Shown here one piece after another: positions 1 to 10,600 of a stretch of DNA of 64,000 nt. Made by a program: the position numbers and the translations under genes. This stretch comes from a virus. The stretch spans positions 10,299 to 74,298 of IMG/VR virus record IMGVR_UViG_3300045976_000117; one strand, given 5' to 3'. Below the pieces are notes generated by a model. The model did no database searches, was not told the DNA's origin, and worked only from the letters and a program-made list of their open reading frames with translations. The first letter of the stretch is position 1; the number at the start of each line of letters is the position of its first letter.

Positions 1-951
1 AGCACGGCAGCAATCCTCAGCGCCTACCTCGCTACCTCCGCGGCGCTGAGGTCTCGTCTGCTGGCTTTGGTGGCAGCTGCCTATGCCGCGCAGGGCAACT
101 ATCGGGACGCTGCCGCCGATGCTTTCGTGGCCAGCGTGGTGCCAGCTGTGTTGGCCGCTCAGCAGACGATGGCACACCTCACAAGCGCTTATCTGGCCCA
201 TCTCATCTCCGCGGCAGGGGGAGGCACCACGGCGCCGGTAGCCATCCCACGGGAGGCAGTGAGCAATCTGCGGGGAGTCGATCCGGTGCAGGTCTACCGG
301 CGACCTTACGAACAGATCTGGTACGACCTGAGCCAGGGCAAGTCGTTTGAGGATGCCGTGCAAGCCGGCGAACGACGCGCTCTCAGTCTGGCGGCTACCG
401 ATGTGCAACTAGCCAAAACGAGAGCCTCACAGATTGTGCTAGCAAATGATCGCAGGGTTGTTGGTTATCGTCGCGTTCTGGTTGGCACGCATTCTTGCGG
501 CCTTTGTGTCGTCGCGTCGTCGGTGAGATATCATAAAAATGATCTACTTCCGCTCCATCCAATGTGCGATTGTGCGACGGCACCGATATTAGCTAGCAGA
601 GACCCTGGTCGCACCATTAATTCTGCGATTCTCGCGGATGGGTCGACAGAGCAGGCTATCGGGTCTCAAGGCATGAAGTTCTTTAGCCATGATGATGTGA
701 TCGAGGTGGGAGATCTTCTCACCGAGGCACATGACGCCGTGCGAGACACTTTTGGCGAAGCTGCCGCGGATGCACATCAGATTGACTACCGAAAAATAGT
801 CATGGTTCGTGAGCATGGTGAACTAGGACCAGTGCTGACAGTGTCACACCATAATTTTACCCAGTCACAGATTGAGTCCGGAGATCTCAAGGCCAAGGCC
901 GGTACCTTCCATACAGTCAAGGGTCGGGAAGTGACAAATATTGGGGAGTGA
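1..951 (+). CDS. Head morphogenesis / capsid maturation protein (MuF-like), 5'-truncated by the window
   Basis: Frame is open from base 1; motif GYRRV...CGLC...LHPMCDC typical of actinophage minor head proteins; lies upstream of scaffold and capsid genes. Confidence 0.75.
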   Translation, partial: STAAILSAYLATSAALRSRLLALVAAAYAAQGNYRDAAADAFVASVVPAVLAAQQTMAHLTSAYLAHLISAAGGGTTAPVAIPREAVSNLRGVDPVQVYRRPYEQIWYDLSQGKSFEDAVQAGERRALSLAATDVQLAKTRASQIVLANDRRVVGYRRVLVGTHSCGLCVVASSVRYHKNDLLPLHPMCDCATAPILASRDPGRTINSAILADGSTEQAIGSQGMKFFSHDDVIEVGDLLTEAHDAVRDTFGEAAADAHQIDYRKIVMVREHGELGPVLTVSHHNFTQSQIESGDLKAKAGTFHTVKGREVTNIGE

Positions 952-1151
952 TGATGCAGCTAAGAATTTCGATTTTTGGGCGACAGGTGCTGCATATTAC
1001 TACTGAGCCTGACCAAGACTCCTCACAAAGACCTACGCTCGAGGCTACCTCCGGCGGCCAGTTTGAGATTGGTTTTAGTAATACCAGAGACGCAGAGGTT
1101 ATGAGCCAGAGGAGACATGGTGGGCAATTACAATGCCGAGCAACGCCGTAA
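948..1151 (+). CDS. Hypothetical protein
   Basis: GTGA overlap with the upstream stop and a GGGGAG RBS. Confidence 0.5.
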   Translation: MMMQLRISIFGRQVLHITTEPDQDSSQRPTLEATSGGQFEIGFSNTRDAEVMSQRRHGGQLQCRATP

Positions 1152-1356
1152 ATTGCTCAAGCAAGGCAAGGCTCTTCCTCCGGCCAAGGTTGGCGAGCCA
1201 CCACGATTCCCCATTGATGATGCTTCCGACGTAAATAGTGCCGTGCATCTAGCTCGCACCGATGAAGAGCGTAGGCACACTTATAAGCAGGCTAAACGGT
1301 TAGGCGTTTTAGGTCGTATACCGTCTAGTTGGAAACCGGACGGCTCATTAAGGTAA
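1117..1356 (+). CDS. Small basic head-module protein (DUF6582-like)
   Basis: AGGAG RBS; RFPIDDASDVNSAVHLA motif resembles small phage head-region domains. Confidence 0.6.
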   Translation: MVGNYNAEQRRKLLKQGKALPPAKVGEPPRFPIDDASDVNSAVHLARTDEERRHTYKQAKRLGVLGRIPSSWKPDGSLR

Positions 1357-1475
1357 AACTTCCCGCGATCCTGCGGGTATGCGTGTACGGCCACGCCTAA
1401 GAGCCGTAGGTATTTGAAATTGCCGCCGACATGGCGGCTTTTCTTATGCCTATTCCCGACATGGGAGGTAACACC

Positions 1476-2075
1476 ATGGCTGATGACGACACCGGTACAT
1501 CAACGGATACCGGCGCCGACGACGCAGGCCAACAGCAAGACGGCAAGTCTACTGATCAAAGTCAGCAGACCGATAGGACTGCGACCGGGACAGGTAGTGA
1601 TGCCGATAATCAGCAAGACAGTAAGGGTGACGACTCCGACAAGGATAAGGAACCTGACTGGAAAGCTGAAGTAGCAAAGTGGAAGGCTCTTGCTCGCAAA
1701 CATGAGGCTCGAGTCAAGGAACTTTCTCCCGCCGCGGTGAAGCTAAAAGAGATTGAGGACTCACAGAAGTCTGAGCTCGAAAAAGCACAGGAACGTGAAA
1801 CCGCTCTGCAAGTCGAATTGCAGAAGTATCGCGTTGCTGAAGTTCGGCGCGCTGCCGCATCGGCGGCCGGTCTCGATCCGGAGTTAGCCGAGTTTATTAC
1901 CGCGGTGGATGAGGAAGAAGCCAAGGCTCAGGCTGAGAAATTGGCCGAGCGATTCAAGACTTCCGCAGCCAATAGTAAATCAGCAGATTTTAAGCAGGGC
2001 ACTCGCACTACGGCGCCAGTTGCCAGGTCCCGTGATGATCTCTTGCGGACTCTAGCAGGTTATGGCCCTCGGTAA
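1476..2075 (+). CDS. Capsid scaffolding protein
   Basis: GGAGG RBS before ATG 1476; acidic N-terminus, KWKALARKHE and KSELEKAQER coiled coil; directly precedes the capsid gene. Confidence 0.9.
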   Translation: MADDDTGTSTDTGADDAGQQQDGKSTDQSQQTDRTATGTGSDADNQQDSKGDDSDKDKEPDWKAEVAKWKALARKHEARVKELSPAAVKLKEIEDSQKSELEKAQERETALQVELQKYRVAEVRRAAASAAGLDPELAEFITAVDEEEAKAQAEKLAERFKTSAANSKSADFKQGTRTTAPVARSRDDLLRTLAGYGPR

Positions 2076-2127
2076 GTAGCGAGCAGATAGACCCTGCTTT
2101 CCGAAGTAATAGAAAGGTAGGGCTATC

Positions 2128-3090
2128 ATGCCCACTTATAATACTGGTATTTTCCGCCAGACTCCTCCGACGACTGATCCACTTGTTCCGGAGCCGTTGT
2201 CTGAGGACATTATTCAGCAGTTGCCGGAGGCATCTTCGGTTCTTCGCATGGCGCGTACTGTTCCAATGTCTACGCGCACTCAGCGGCTTCCTGTGCTGGA
2301 TGTTCTGCCGCAGGCCTACTGGGTGTCTGGTGACAGTGGCCTCAAGCAGACGACTAGTCAGATTTGGAAGAACGTTACCTTGGTGGTCGAAGAGCTGGCC
2401 GCTTTGGTGCCGATTCCTGACGCTTACCTGGCTGACACCAACATTCCGTTGTGGGACGAGGTCCGGCCTCGACTGGTCGAGGCTATTGGTCGAGCTATTG
2501 ATGCTGCCTGCTTGTTCGGTGTGAACAAGCCAAGCACCTGGCCTACGGCTATTGTTCCCGCTGCTATTGCCGCGGGTAACGTGATCACCGATATTAACCA
2601 GGATATTCCAAAGTCGGTTGCCCAGTTGGCTGAGCGTGTCGCGTTGGACGGTTACACCAACATCAATGGCTGGCTTATTCGTCCGGGCTTCAAGTGGCGT
2701 TTGCTTCAGGTTCGGTCTTCTGGTTCTGGCGAGCCTATTTACATGCCAGATCTTCAGAATGGCCGCGGTGGCAGCCTTTATGGTTACCCGCTGGAAGAGG
2801 TATCTAACGGTGCCTGGGATCCGACCGTGGCTGACCTTTTGCTGGGTGACTGGTCAATGGCCATCATCGGTACACGTCAAGATATCACGTTCAAAATGTT
2901 CGATCAGGGCGTGATCGTTAATGACAGTGGCCAGGTCATTTACAACGCTGCCCAACAGGACGGCCAGATCATGCGTGTGGTTATGCGTCTTGCTTTTGCG
3001 ACCGCTAACCCGGTGACGAATCTTCAGGCCAACTCTGCCAGTCGGTATCCGTTCGGTGTGCTGGCTACTGGCTCGGCTTCAGCCAGCTAG
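2128..3090 (+). CDS. Major capsid protein (HK97 fold)
   Basis: 320 aa; AYWV, LAALVPI, LYGYP and LLLGDWS motifs; synteny. Confidence 0.95.
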   Translation: MPTYNTGIFRQTPPTTDPLVPEPLSEDIIQQLPEASSVLRMARTVPMSTRTQRLPVLDVLPQAYWVSGDSGLKQTTSQIWKNVTLVVEELAALVPIPDAYLADTNIPLWDEVRPRLVEAIGRAIDAACLFGVNKPSTWPTAIVPAAIAAGNVITDINQDIPKSVAQLAERVALDGYTNINGWLIRPGFKWRLLQVRSSGSGEPIYMPDLQNGRGGSLYGYPLEEVSNGAWDPTVADLLLGDWSMAIIGTRQDITFKMFDQGVIVNDSGQVIYNAAQQDGQIMRVVMRLAFATANPVTNLQANSASRYPFGVLATGSASAS

Positions 3091-3181
3091 TACGAGGGGG
3101 ATGGGTTTCCGGGCTTGTTCGAGAAGTCTGTTCTCGTCAGAGCCGATCGTATCGCACAAGCCCGGAAACCTAGGAGCATAG

Positions 3182-4210
3182 ATGCGTGTTCTTGCTTTAC
3201 TTCACTTGTATCCACCGCGGCATAATGCCGGAGGGGACATCACCGCACACATTTTGTTGCGGGAGTTGGTACGTCATGGGCATCAGGTGGTCGTGCAACT
3301 CACGATGCCCCATCCTATGTACACGCTGGATCCGTACACTTACGAAGGCGTGAAAGTTTTTCCGTACATGGGTCAGGCAGACCCTCTGCGGTGGCTTGAG
3401 ATGTCTGACAAGCCTGATATCATTGTCACCCATCTTATGTCATCTCTCCGCGCGGCAATACTGGGTGACATTCATAAGATTCCGGTGATTCACCTTGTTC
3501 ACAATACACATGGAAAAACTAAGGCGGATCTTCGCTGGAAAACTGATCTGGCGGTTTACAATACAGAATGGATGAAAGTAGATGTTGAAAGTTGGTGGAG
3601 AGATTATCAAGGCACCGAACCTCCACCAAACATCGTGGTTCATCCGCCGGTATTTAGAACGGATTATCAGGTCACTCCTCCCACCGCTGGCAAGGGCTGC
3701 GTCACTCTCATCAATCTGTTTGAAGACAAAGGCGCCAGTCTTTTTTACCAACTCGCGGAGAAATTTCCGCGACTGAGGTTTCTTGGTGTGACTGGTGCTT
3801 ACGGTAAACAAGATATTCGGCACGGCTTGCCCAATGTGGAGATCATACCTCATGTCGGACCAGCCGATATTAAAAATCTTGTCTACGCGAGAACACGAGT
3901 CCTCCTCATGCCCAGTGTGTACGAGTCGTACGGGCGTTGTGGGGTCGAGGCAGCGTGTTCCCGAATCCCTACCATCTACCACCCAACGCCAGGCCTTCTC
4001 GAGGCCCTAGGTGATGGTGGTATTGCCTGTGACCGTGATGACTTGAATGCCTGGGTAGCCACGTTGGCAGGTCTGACCACGTCGTCAGGGTGGCTGACCG
4101 CGTCTCAACGGGCCAAGGCGATAGCCGACCGGCTCACGCCGGAGGCCGACCTAGAGCGCTGGGTACAGGCCGCAGAGCAGACAGCTAGGGTGCCCGTTTC
4201 AATAGGATAA
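3182..4210 (+). CDS. Glycosyltransferase family 4 (GT-B)
   Basis: YPPRHNAGG N-terminus; LLMPSVYESYGRCGVEA is the EX7E motif; KG motif. Confidence 0.9.
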   Translation: MRVLALLHLYPPRHNAGGDITAHILLRELVRHGHQVVVQLTMPHPMYTLDPYTYEGVKVFPYMGQADPLRWLEMSDKPDIIVTHLMSSLRAAILGDIHKIPVIHLVHNTHGKTKADLRWKTDLAVYNTEWMKVDVESWWRDYQGTEPPPNIVVHPPVFRTDYQVTPPTAGKGCVTLINLFEDKGASLFYQLAEKFPRLRFLGVTGAYGKQDIRHGLPNVEIIPHVGPADIKNLVYARTRVLLMPSVYESYGRCGVEAACSRIPTIYHPTPGLLEALGDGGIACDRDDLNAWVATLAGLTTSSGWLTASQRAKAIADRLTPEADLERWVQAAEQTARVPVSIG

Positions 4211-4225
4211 GGAGGTATAGTAATT

Positions 4226-4852
4226 ATGTCCTTGCCTCCTCTCGCAACAATCAATGATGTCACCTCGCGGCTGCCCAGTGGTGTATCTATTGACGAGAAT
4301 CGTGCAATCTCGCTGATACGTGATGCGTCGGCAACCGTTCGACGTTACACAAAGCAAGATTTCACTATCGGTACGACCATCGCGAATATCCGGCCAATCG
4401 GGTATAGGCTTAGATTGCCGCAACGACCGGTGCTTGATGTAATCAGTATTGAGATTAAATTGCCAGGTTCCCAGCCAGGCACGTACACCTCCATACCATC
4501 TTGGTACTGGGACGGGTCCGATGAAGTCTGGCTAGTCGACGGTAGCGCAGTGGTCAATCTTGCTGAGGAAATCATCTCCGCGGTGGAGTACATGACGCCT
4601 GTGTGTCGGGTTACCTGGCAACACGGTTACACCGAAGTTCCTGATGACATTGTTGGCGTTGTTTGTTCGATGGTGAATCGTCTTATCACGGCGCCGGGGC
4701 TTGGCGGAGTGATTTCAGAAACGGTAGGCGAGTTTAGCTACCGATTGTCTGACGCGGCTGCTCAGGGTCCTATGACTTTGACGCAGTCGGAAAAAGACAT
4801 TCTGAATGACTACCGGCCTAAAGGTGGTAGGACTGTCGAGTTGAGAGGGTAA
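4226..4852 (+). CDS. Head-to-tail adaptor
   Basis: LATINDV...DASATVRRY...HGY.EVPDDI...SETVGEFSY motifs. Confidence 0.85.
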   Translation: MSLPPLATINDVTSRLPSGVSIDENRAISLIRDASATVRRYTKQDFTIGTTIANIRPIGYRLRLPQRPVLDVISIEIKLPGSQPGTYTSIPSWYWDGSDEVWLVDGSAVVNLAEEIISAVEYMTPVCRVTWQHGYTEVPDDIVGVVCSMVNRLITAPGLGGVISETVGEFSYRLSDAAAQGPMTLTQSEKDILNDYRPKGGRTVELRG

Positions 4853-4857
4853 GTGCA

Positions 4858-5202
4858 ATGTACTTCCCCTTCGGTATGACAGTTACGGTCAACCATCGAC
4901 AGATCGATCGTAACGGCGATTATCAGATTACTGACTCTTATCAGTTGCCAGGATGCGTTATTAGCTATGCTGGTCGTGCCGGATCAGCTCGGGGCAGCGA
5001 GCAAGAATCGTTTGAGCGGGACACAATTCGTGCATCAACCGTTCTTTTCGCACCTACCGGCGCGGACATTCGCGTTAATGACACGATTACGCTTGATGAC
5101 AATACTACATGGCACGTCTGGGGATTGCCTACTGATTTTCGAAGTCCTTTTACCGGCTGGGCACCTGGCAAGGTAGCTGCACTTCGACTCTATGAAGGCT
5201 GA
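4858..5202 (+). CDS. Head-to-tail stopper
   Basis: Synteny; APTGADI..ND.I...W.V.G.P...SPFTG motif. Confidence 0.8.
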   Translation: MYFPFGMTVTVNHRQIDRNGDYQITDSYQLPGCVISYAGRAGSARGSEQESFERDTIRASTVLFAPTGADIRVNDTITLDDNTTWHVWGLPTDFRSPFTGWAPGKVAALRLYEG

Positions 5203-5207
5203 TCCAT

Positions 5208-5298
5208 GGTGGGGCGGTCCCGATGGAGAGACAGCAGTTATCGCCTCCTATGCTCCGGGCGGTATCTGTGTACGTGGGTTCGATTCCCACCCCCACCT
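5208..5298 (+). ncRNA. tRNA-like cloverleaf with an elongated anticodon-position arm
   Basis: 7-bp acceptor stem GGTGGGG/CCCCACC; perfect T arm GTGGG-TTCGATT-CCCAC; D-like arm; ~12-bp imperfect central stem without a canonical 7-nt anticodon loop. Confidence 0.6.
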
Positions 5299-5316
5299 CT
5301 TTGAGAGGTGTACTCA

Positions 5317-5655
5317 ATGACATGGACACGCGTAGATATCAGTTATAGCGGATTGCATAGGTATCTGTGGGAATCCGCTGAGCTTGGCGCCGCGCTGCTG
5401 GCTCATGCCGAGAAAGGCGTAGCCTTCGCCAAGGCTATCGCTCCTGAGGGGCCAGCTCGAGATCCCCACCGTGGGGAGTTCAAAGAGTCGATTCGAGCTC
5501 GAGTTGGTAAAGGTCCTCGAGGCGGTATGGCAGCCATTATCGAGGCATCTCCTCCCTGGGTGGAGTTCGGACGCAAACACCGTGAACCGTACCGAGGTGC
5601 CCATGTGCTGGCGCGCACTGCCCAGTACCTGAACGCTCCCAAACGTCGTGCATAG
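5317..5655 (+). CDS. Neck protein (HK97 gp10-like)
   Basis: GAGG RBS; AP...GEFKESI and VEFG motifs; synteny. Confidence 0.75.
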   Translation: MTWTRVDISYSGLHRYLWESAELGAALLAHAEKGVAFAKAIAPEGPARDPHRGEFKESIRARVGKGPRGGMAAIIEASPPWVEFGRKHREPYRGAHVLARTAQYLNAPKRRA

Positions 5656-5663
5656 GAGGTCAT

Positions 5664-6071
5664 ATGGGTCAAGACCTACCCTCCTTCGCGGATGCCGAAG
5701 AAGTGGCCTACTCCCTGCTCAAAGATACGGGTGTCATTCTTAAAGGCACTCCGGCCAATTTCAATCCTCCGGTCTACATCATTCGACGTATTGGCGGGCA
5801 TAGTGATTACGTGACTGATTTTGCACACATTCAAGTAACGGCCATTGGCGATAAACGACCACAGTCAGTCACGATGCAGTTAGATGCTCAACGGGTCATC
5901 GAAAATTCATTTGCAACTGAAGTAACGCTTGAAGATAACTCCGTGGTGCTCATCGACGGCACGACGGTTCTCTCCGCAGGATATATCCAGCCGTACGAAA
6001 ACATTGACATGCGTGAAGTAGTCGGTATCTACGAATTACGCATGAGACGGCCGATAGTCCCTGCTCATTAG
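5664..6071 (+). CDS. Tail terminator
   Basis: IRRIGG motif; lies before the major tail gene. Confidence 0.8.
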   Translation: MGQDLPSFADAEEVAYSLLKDTGVILKGTPANFNPPVYIIRRIGGHSDYVTDFAHIQVTAIGDKRPQSVTMQLDAQRVIENSFATEVTLEDNSVVLIDGTTVLSAGYIQPYENIDMREVVGIYELRMRRPIVPAH

Positions 6072-6131
6072 TTCCCGCCTGGGAATAGGGCGGTCTGAGA
6101 AAGAGATATTAACCCTACCTAGGAGGGTAGT

Positions 6132-6803
6132 GTGGCTGATTATACGAGCATTGCACACCGTCAGGCTACTCTGATTCGCAAAGCTCTTCAGGGAAGTGTG
6201 TTCATTGCTCCGTACACCGCGGCAGCAGTCACGAGCATCACGACCGGCGCGAGTCAGGATATTGCTCCGTTGCCTGCCGGTTATGTCGATGTGGGCATGA
6301 TCGACAAGAAGAATGCGCCGACCTGGGCAAGCAAGGTAACGACGCAGGAAGTCATGGCCTGGGGCGATGTTTATAGCGCACGGCGAGACATCACCAAGGT
6401 TGATGGCTCGCTGAAGTTCGTCATGCTTGAGACTAATAAGACATCTCTTCAGTTGTATCTAGGGCAGGATCTTTCGACGGCTCCGTTGGCGCCGACCACT
6501 CGTGAGCTCATTATCAATCAAGCATCCCGGCCTCAGCCGATTCCTTATCGGGTGCTCGGCATTACGCAGGACGGTACTGGATCGAATGCTATTTATGTTG
6601 GTCGGTTCTACCCACGAGCGTTCGTTACCGATATCGGCGACCAGAAGTGGGATGACGACGCCGAGGCTTTGGTCTGGGATGTTACGTTTACTCCGCAGAA
6701 TGATCCGGTTCTTGGCACGCCAGTTGTGCATATGTTTGGTGGACCTGGCTGGTTCGCCCAGTTGGCAGCTACGGGCTTTAATGCGAACCCAGGCGGCAGC
6801 TAA
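6132..6803 (+). CDS. Major tail protein
   Basis: IRKALQGSVFIAP, LPAGY.DVG, WG...ARRDI and FGGPGW motifs. Confidence 0.9.
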   Translation: MADYTSIAHRQATLIRKALQGSVFIAPYTAAAVTSITTGASQDIAPLPAGYVDVGMIDKKNAPTWASKVTTQEVMAWGDVYSARRDITKVDGSLKFVMLETNKTSLQLYLGQDLSTAPLAPTTRELIINQASRPQPIPYRVLGITQDGTGSNAIYVGRFYPRAFVTDIGDQKWDDDAEALVWDVTFTPQNDPVLGTPVVHMFGGPGWFAQLAATGFNANPGGS

Positions 6804-6843
6804 TAGTTTATTTTCCAGACAAAGGAGCATGAGGTACACAAGA

Positions 6844-7191
6844 ATGGCAACGTACAAATTAGATGACTACATTGCCGAGGCCGATATCGAGCCTTTTGAG
6901 CTCGATCTAGGAGGGGACAAGGGAGTCGTATCCATCGCGGCTCCCACCTCCGAGGCAATGGTAGAAATCACTGAGACCCCCCTGAACGAAACAAAGCACA
7001 TCTTCGAGCTCGTCTGCGGTGAAGAAGAGTTCGGCAAGGTTTGGGAGGCAGTTCGATTCCTGCCCGCCACTGTGCTTCAAAACATCATGCTTGACATGCT
7101 GAAACACTTTAAGATTATTGCTCAGGTTCGTGATATATCGGGGGGATCCAGGGCCTCGCTACGCTCTTCGAGAAACACGGCGAGGCTATAG
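6844..7191 (+). CDS. Tail assembly chaperone (gpG-like)
   Basis: Likely start MATYKLDD; acidic ~115 aa ORF between major tail and tape measure genes. Confidence 0.85.
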   Translation: MATYKLDDYIAEADIEPFELDLGGDKGVVSIAAPTSEAMVEITETPLNETKHIFELVCGEEEFGKVWEAVRFLPATVLQNIMLDMLKHFKIIAQVRDISGGSRASLRSSRNTARL

Positions 7192-7598
7192 AATACGACT
7201 TTCGGCATGAACTGGGCATTGATGTTCACGAGTACCTCCGTGGTGAGCGTCCATGGGCTCAGTTTTATCGATTTCTGGCCCGTCTCCCTCGGCATAGCCA
7301 TTTCTACGCGGGGATGATGGAAGACCCGGAAGCGGTCGAGAGATTAATGCAACGGTCATCCGGGGGCGATAAGAAAGGGTTAACACTTGTCGGGTGGAGG
7401 ACCGAGCATGACCTACTCACTACTATTATCGATCTGTTGAATCATTTACATGCCACACTTATTCAGGTCAATGATGAAAAAGGCAGGCGACCTGATGTGA
7501 CTCTCATGCCGAGACCAGGAACCGCATTGACAAAGGTCGAGGCCAAGAAAGCAATTCAGCAGCATCGTGATTTAGTGGCTCGATTTTTACCGCAATAG
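6844..7598 (+). CDS. Tail assembly chaperone, -1 frameshift product (gpGT-like)
   Basis: Slippery G GGG GGA at 7140-7146; the -1 frame reads IQGLATLFEKHGEAIEYDFRHELGIDV... continuously into ORF 7314..7598. Confidence 0.85.
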
Positions 7599-7615
7599 CA
7601 TAGAGGAGGGCGGTA

Positions 7616-10600
7616 ATGGCCGATTATCAGGCTGGCACCGCTTTTCTCACCGTGCTACCGGATATGTCGGGATTCGGCGCCAAGGTCCGCGAAGAGTTAG
7701 CCAAGGATCAGACCGAACTTAAAATTCCGGTCAAGCCTGATGTAGACACCACCAAGGGTGCCAAGGACGGAGAAGAGTACGGCGGTGCCTTCGGCGATGC
7801 AATGAAGGCGCGCATTGAGGCTGCTCTCAAGTCACTGCCCAAGGCACAGATCGACGCAGACTCGACAGAAGCTGATCGAAAGATTGATGAGCTTCGTACT
7901 CGGCTTGAAGAGCTCCGTGACAAGAGAATAGGAATCGATCTCTCCGCGGAGGAAGCACTAGCTGAGATAGCCGGTATCAAAACTGATCTGGACGAATTAG
8001 GGCGAAAGTCGCCTAACGTTCAGGTCAAGGTCGATGCTCTCAAGGCCGCTGCGGATTTAGCCGGTATCAGGGCTGAGGTCACTGCGCTTGATGGCAAGAA
8101 CGTCGATATCAGGGTTAGTGATGGCGGATCTGCCCGTCAAGCCACGAGTGACGTTAATGGTCTTCTCTTGGCAGGTCTGTCGCTAGGTCCGGCGCTGATT
8201 CCCATAGGCTCCGCGGTTGCTGCCGCGTTCGCCAGTATCGGCACTGGCGCGGTGATCGGCGCGGGTGCTATTGCTACGGTTGTTCTTGGCTTCCATGGCG
8301 TCACTGACGCACTGAAAGACATGGACACTGCTCAGCAGAGCAGTGGCAAGACCGCGGCTCAGACGGCAGCTCAGCAGATATCTTCGGCTAACAGTGTTGC
8401 GTCGGCTCAGGACGGCGTACGAAACGCGGTAAGAGCCGTTGCCGACGCTCAGCACGAAGCTGCTATTTCTGCTCAGCAAAGTGCTCAGCAGGTAGCCAGT
8501 GCACAGCAGTCATTGCAAGATGCCTATATTCAGTCGGGCATTGCGATGCGCGGTGCCCTTCAATCCGAAGAGCAAGCTCGGCAGTCGTTACAAAGTGCTA
8601 TCTATTCTCAGACGGTCGCTGAGCAGACATTAGCTAACGCTCAGCAACAGGAGCAACTAGCTCAGGAGTCATTGACTCTGGCTAGGCAGGCTGCTCAGCG
8701 GCAAATCGAGTCACTGACTCTGGCCGTCGAAGACGGAGCATTGGCGGAACGGCAAGCCGCACTTAACATTCAGCAGACCAAACAGCAGCTTGATCAAACG
8801 CTTGCCAATCCTCAAGCATCACAACTTCAGCGTGATCAAGCTCAACTGAGCTATGACCAGGCTGTTCAGCAACTCAAGGACGTTCAGGCTCGTAACAAGA
8901 ATCTGCAAGAGGATCAGGCTGCTGCGGCCAAGGCCGGAGTAGACGGTTCTCAGCAGGTACAAGCTGCTCAGCGCGGAGTGCAGCAGGCTACTCAAGGCGT
9001 CGCGGCAGCTCAGCACGGCGTGCAACAAGCTGCTCAAGATGTGGCTAACGCTCAGCAGAATTTAGCGAATGCCCAAGCCAATGTAGCAGAAACACAGCGT
9101 ACCAATACGGAACGCATTGCTCAGGCGCAGCAGGCATTAGCTAGTGCGGAGCAAAATCAGGCTGAGACGGCTCGCAAGAACGCGGAGTCTATTCAAAAGG
9201 CTCAGGAAGGTGTTGTTTCTGCTCAGCGGGCCCTGGCCGGAGCACTCGCTCAGCAAGCAGCTCAACAGGACACCGTAAGCGCTTCAGCCAATAAACTGGC
9301 TAAGGATATGGCCGATCTGTCTCCGGCCGGACGCCAGTTTGTCACCTTCCTTCATGATGAGATGGAGCCTAAGGTCAAAGACCTTCAGGCCACCGCACAA
9401 GAAGGATTGTTACCGGGAGTCGAGGACGGGCTTCGTGCCCTGTTCCCGGTATTCCCTGAAATCACTAGTTTTGTCAATGTTTTCGCTACGTCGTTAGGTG
9501 ATCTAGCCCGGCGTGCGGGTCAGGCATTGACTGATCCTTTCTGGCGCAATTTCTTCGGGTTTATTAAAGACGAAGCCGGTCCGTCGATTCAGACCTTCGG
9601 CACCATTATCGGCAATATCTTTACAGGTATTGCCGGTATGCTCCAAGGTTTTAAGCCCATCTGGGACGCGATGGGCGTAAGCATCGAGAATTTTACGGAC
9701 AAATTCGCTGCATGGGGCAAGGCTGTTGCTTCGGGGGATAGTGAAGGGTTTAACAAATTCCTTCAGTATGTGCAAGAGTCAGCACCGGTCGTAATAGATT
9801 TCCTCAAGCAATTTGGCACACTCATTGGCCATATTGTTGATGCGTTTGCTGGTCAAGGCATCAGTACTCTGCAAGTTCTTACCGAGACACTGCGGATCAT
9901 CAATGGCCTTCCTTTGCCGGTAATTCAGGCATTGATTGACCTGTACATCGCTATTAAGGCTGCCACATTGGTGTCTAATGGACTGAAGTCCATTAGTGAC
10001 ACTTTCATCACAATCGGTAAACTACCGGGACAGATCAAGGATTTTGCAGGAACCATTAGAGATCTGCCCGGCGATATTGCCAAGATCGGTGCATCACTCA
10101 AGACCAACATCAGTGATGCTCTAGATAAAATCAAGAGTGGTGGTGGCCTGAAGGGTGCCCTAGGGCTTACCGGCATCGCGGTGGGTGCCTATGTGGCGGG
10201 ATCCGCACTCGAAGCGGCTGGCTCACCTTTGCCGGAGGGGCAGTCATTCGGCACGGCCAGCACGGGCGCCAAGGTGTCCGACGCGGCAGACACGGCGGGC
10301 AAGCTGCTTACCCTTGATATTCCCGGCCTGTTCGACAAAATTAGTCAGAATATCAAGCAGTTGCCCGATGACCTGCACACCGCGGGTGATCGGATCTCCG
10401 GATTTGCTCAAGGCATTAAGGATGCCTTCGGAGGTATTGGTGACGGGGTAGGTCAGCTGAGGACTGATCTTGGCGTCGCATGGTCGAACATAGCTGACAA
10501 TGCATCTACCCGGTGGAATGGAATCAAGAATGCTGTAAGTAATGCTGCCGGTGATTTCAGGAACACGGTATCCGATCACGTCACTTCACTCGGTAAAACG

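Noticed and set aside
5208-5298. Functional tRNA or tmRNA
   Set aside because: No 7-nt anticodon loop, no G3-U70 alanine identity, no tag ORF, no CCA
6502-6843. Long N-terminal extension of the tail chaperone ORF
   Set aside because: Overlaps the major tail gene; the chaperone-like sequence starts at ATG 6844
7140-7146. Tail chaperone -1 frameshift as a novelty
   Set aside because: Real but conserved across long-tailed phages; recorded as a feature only
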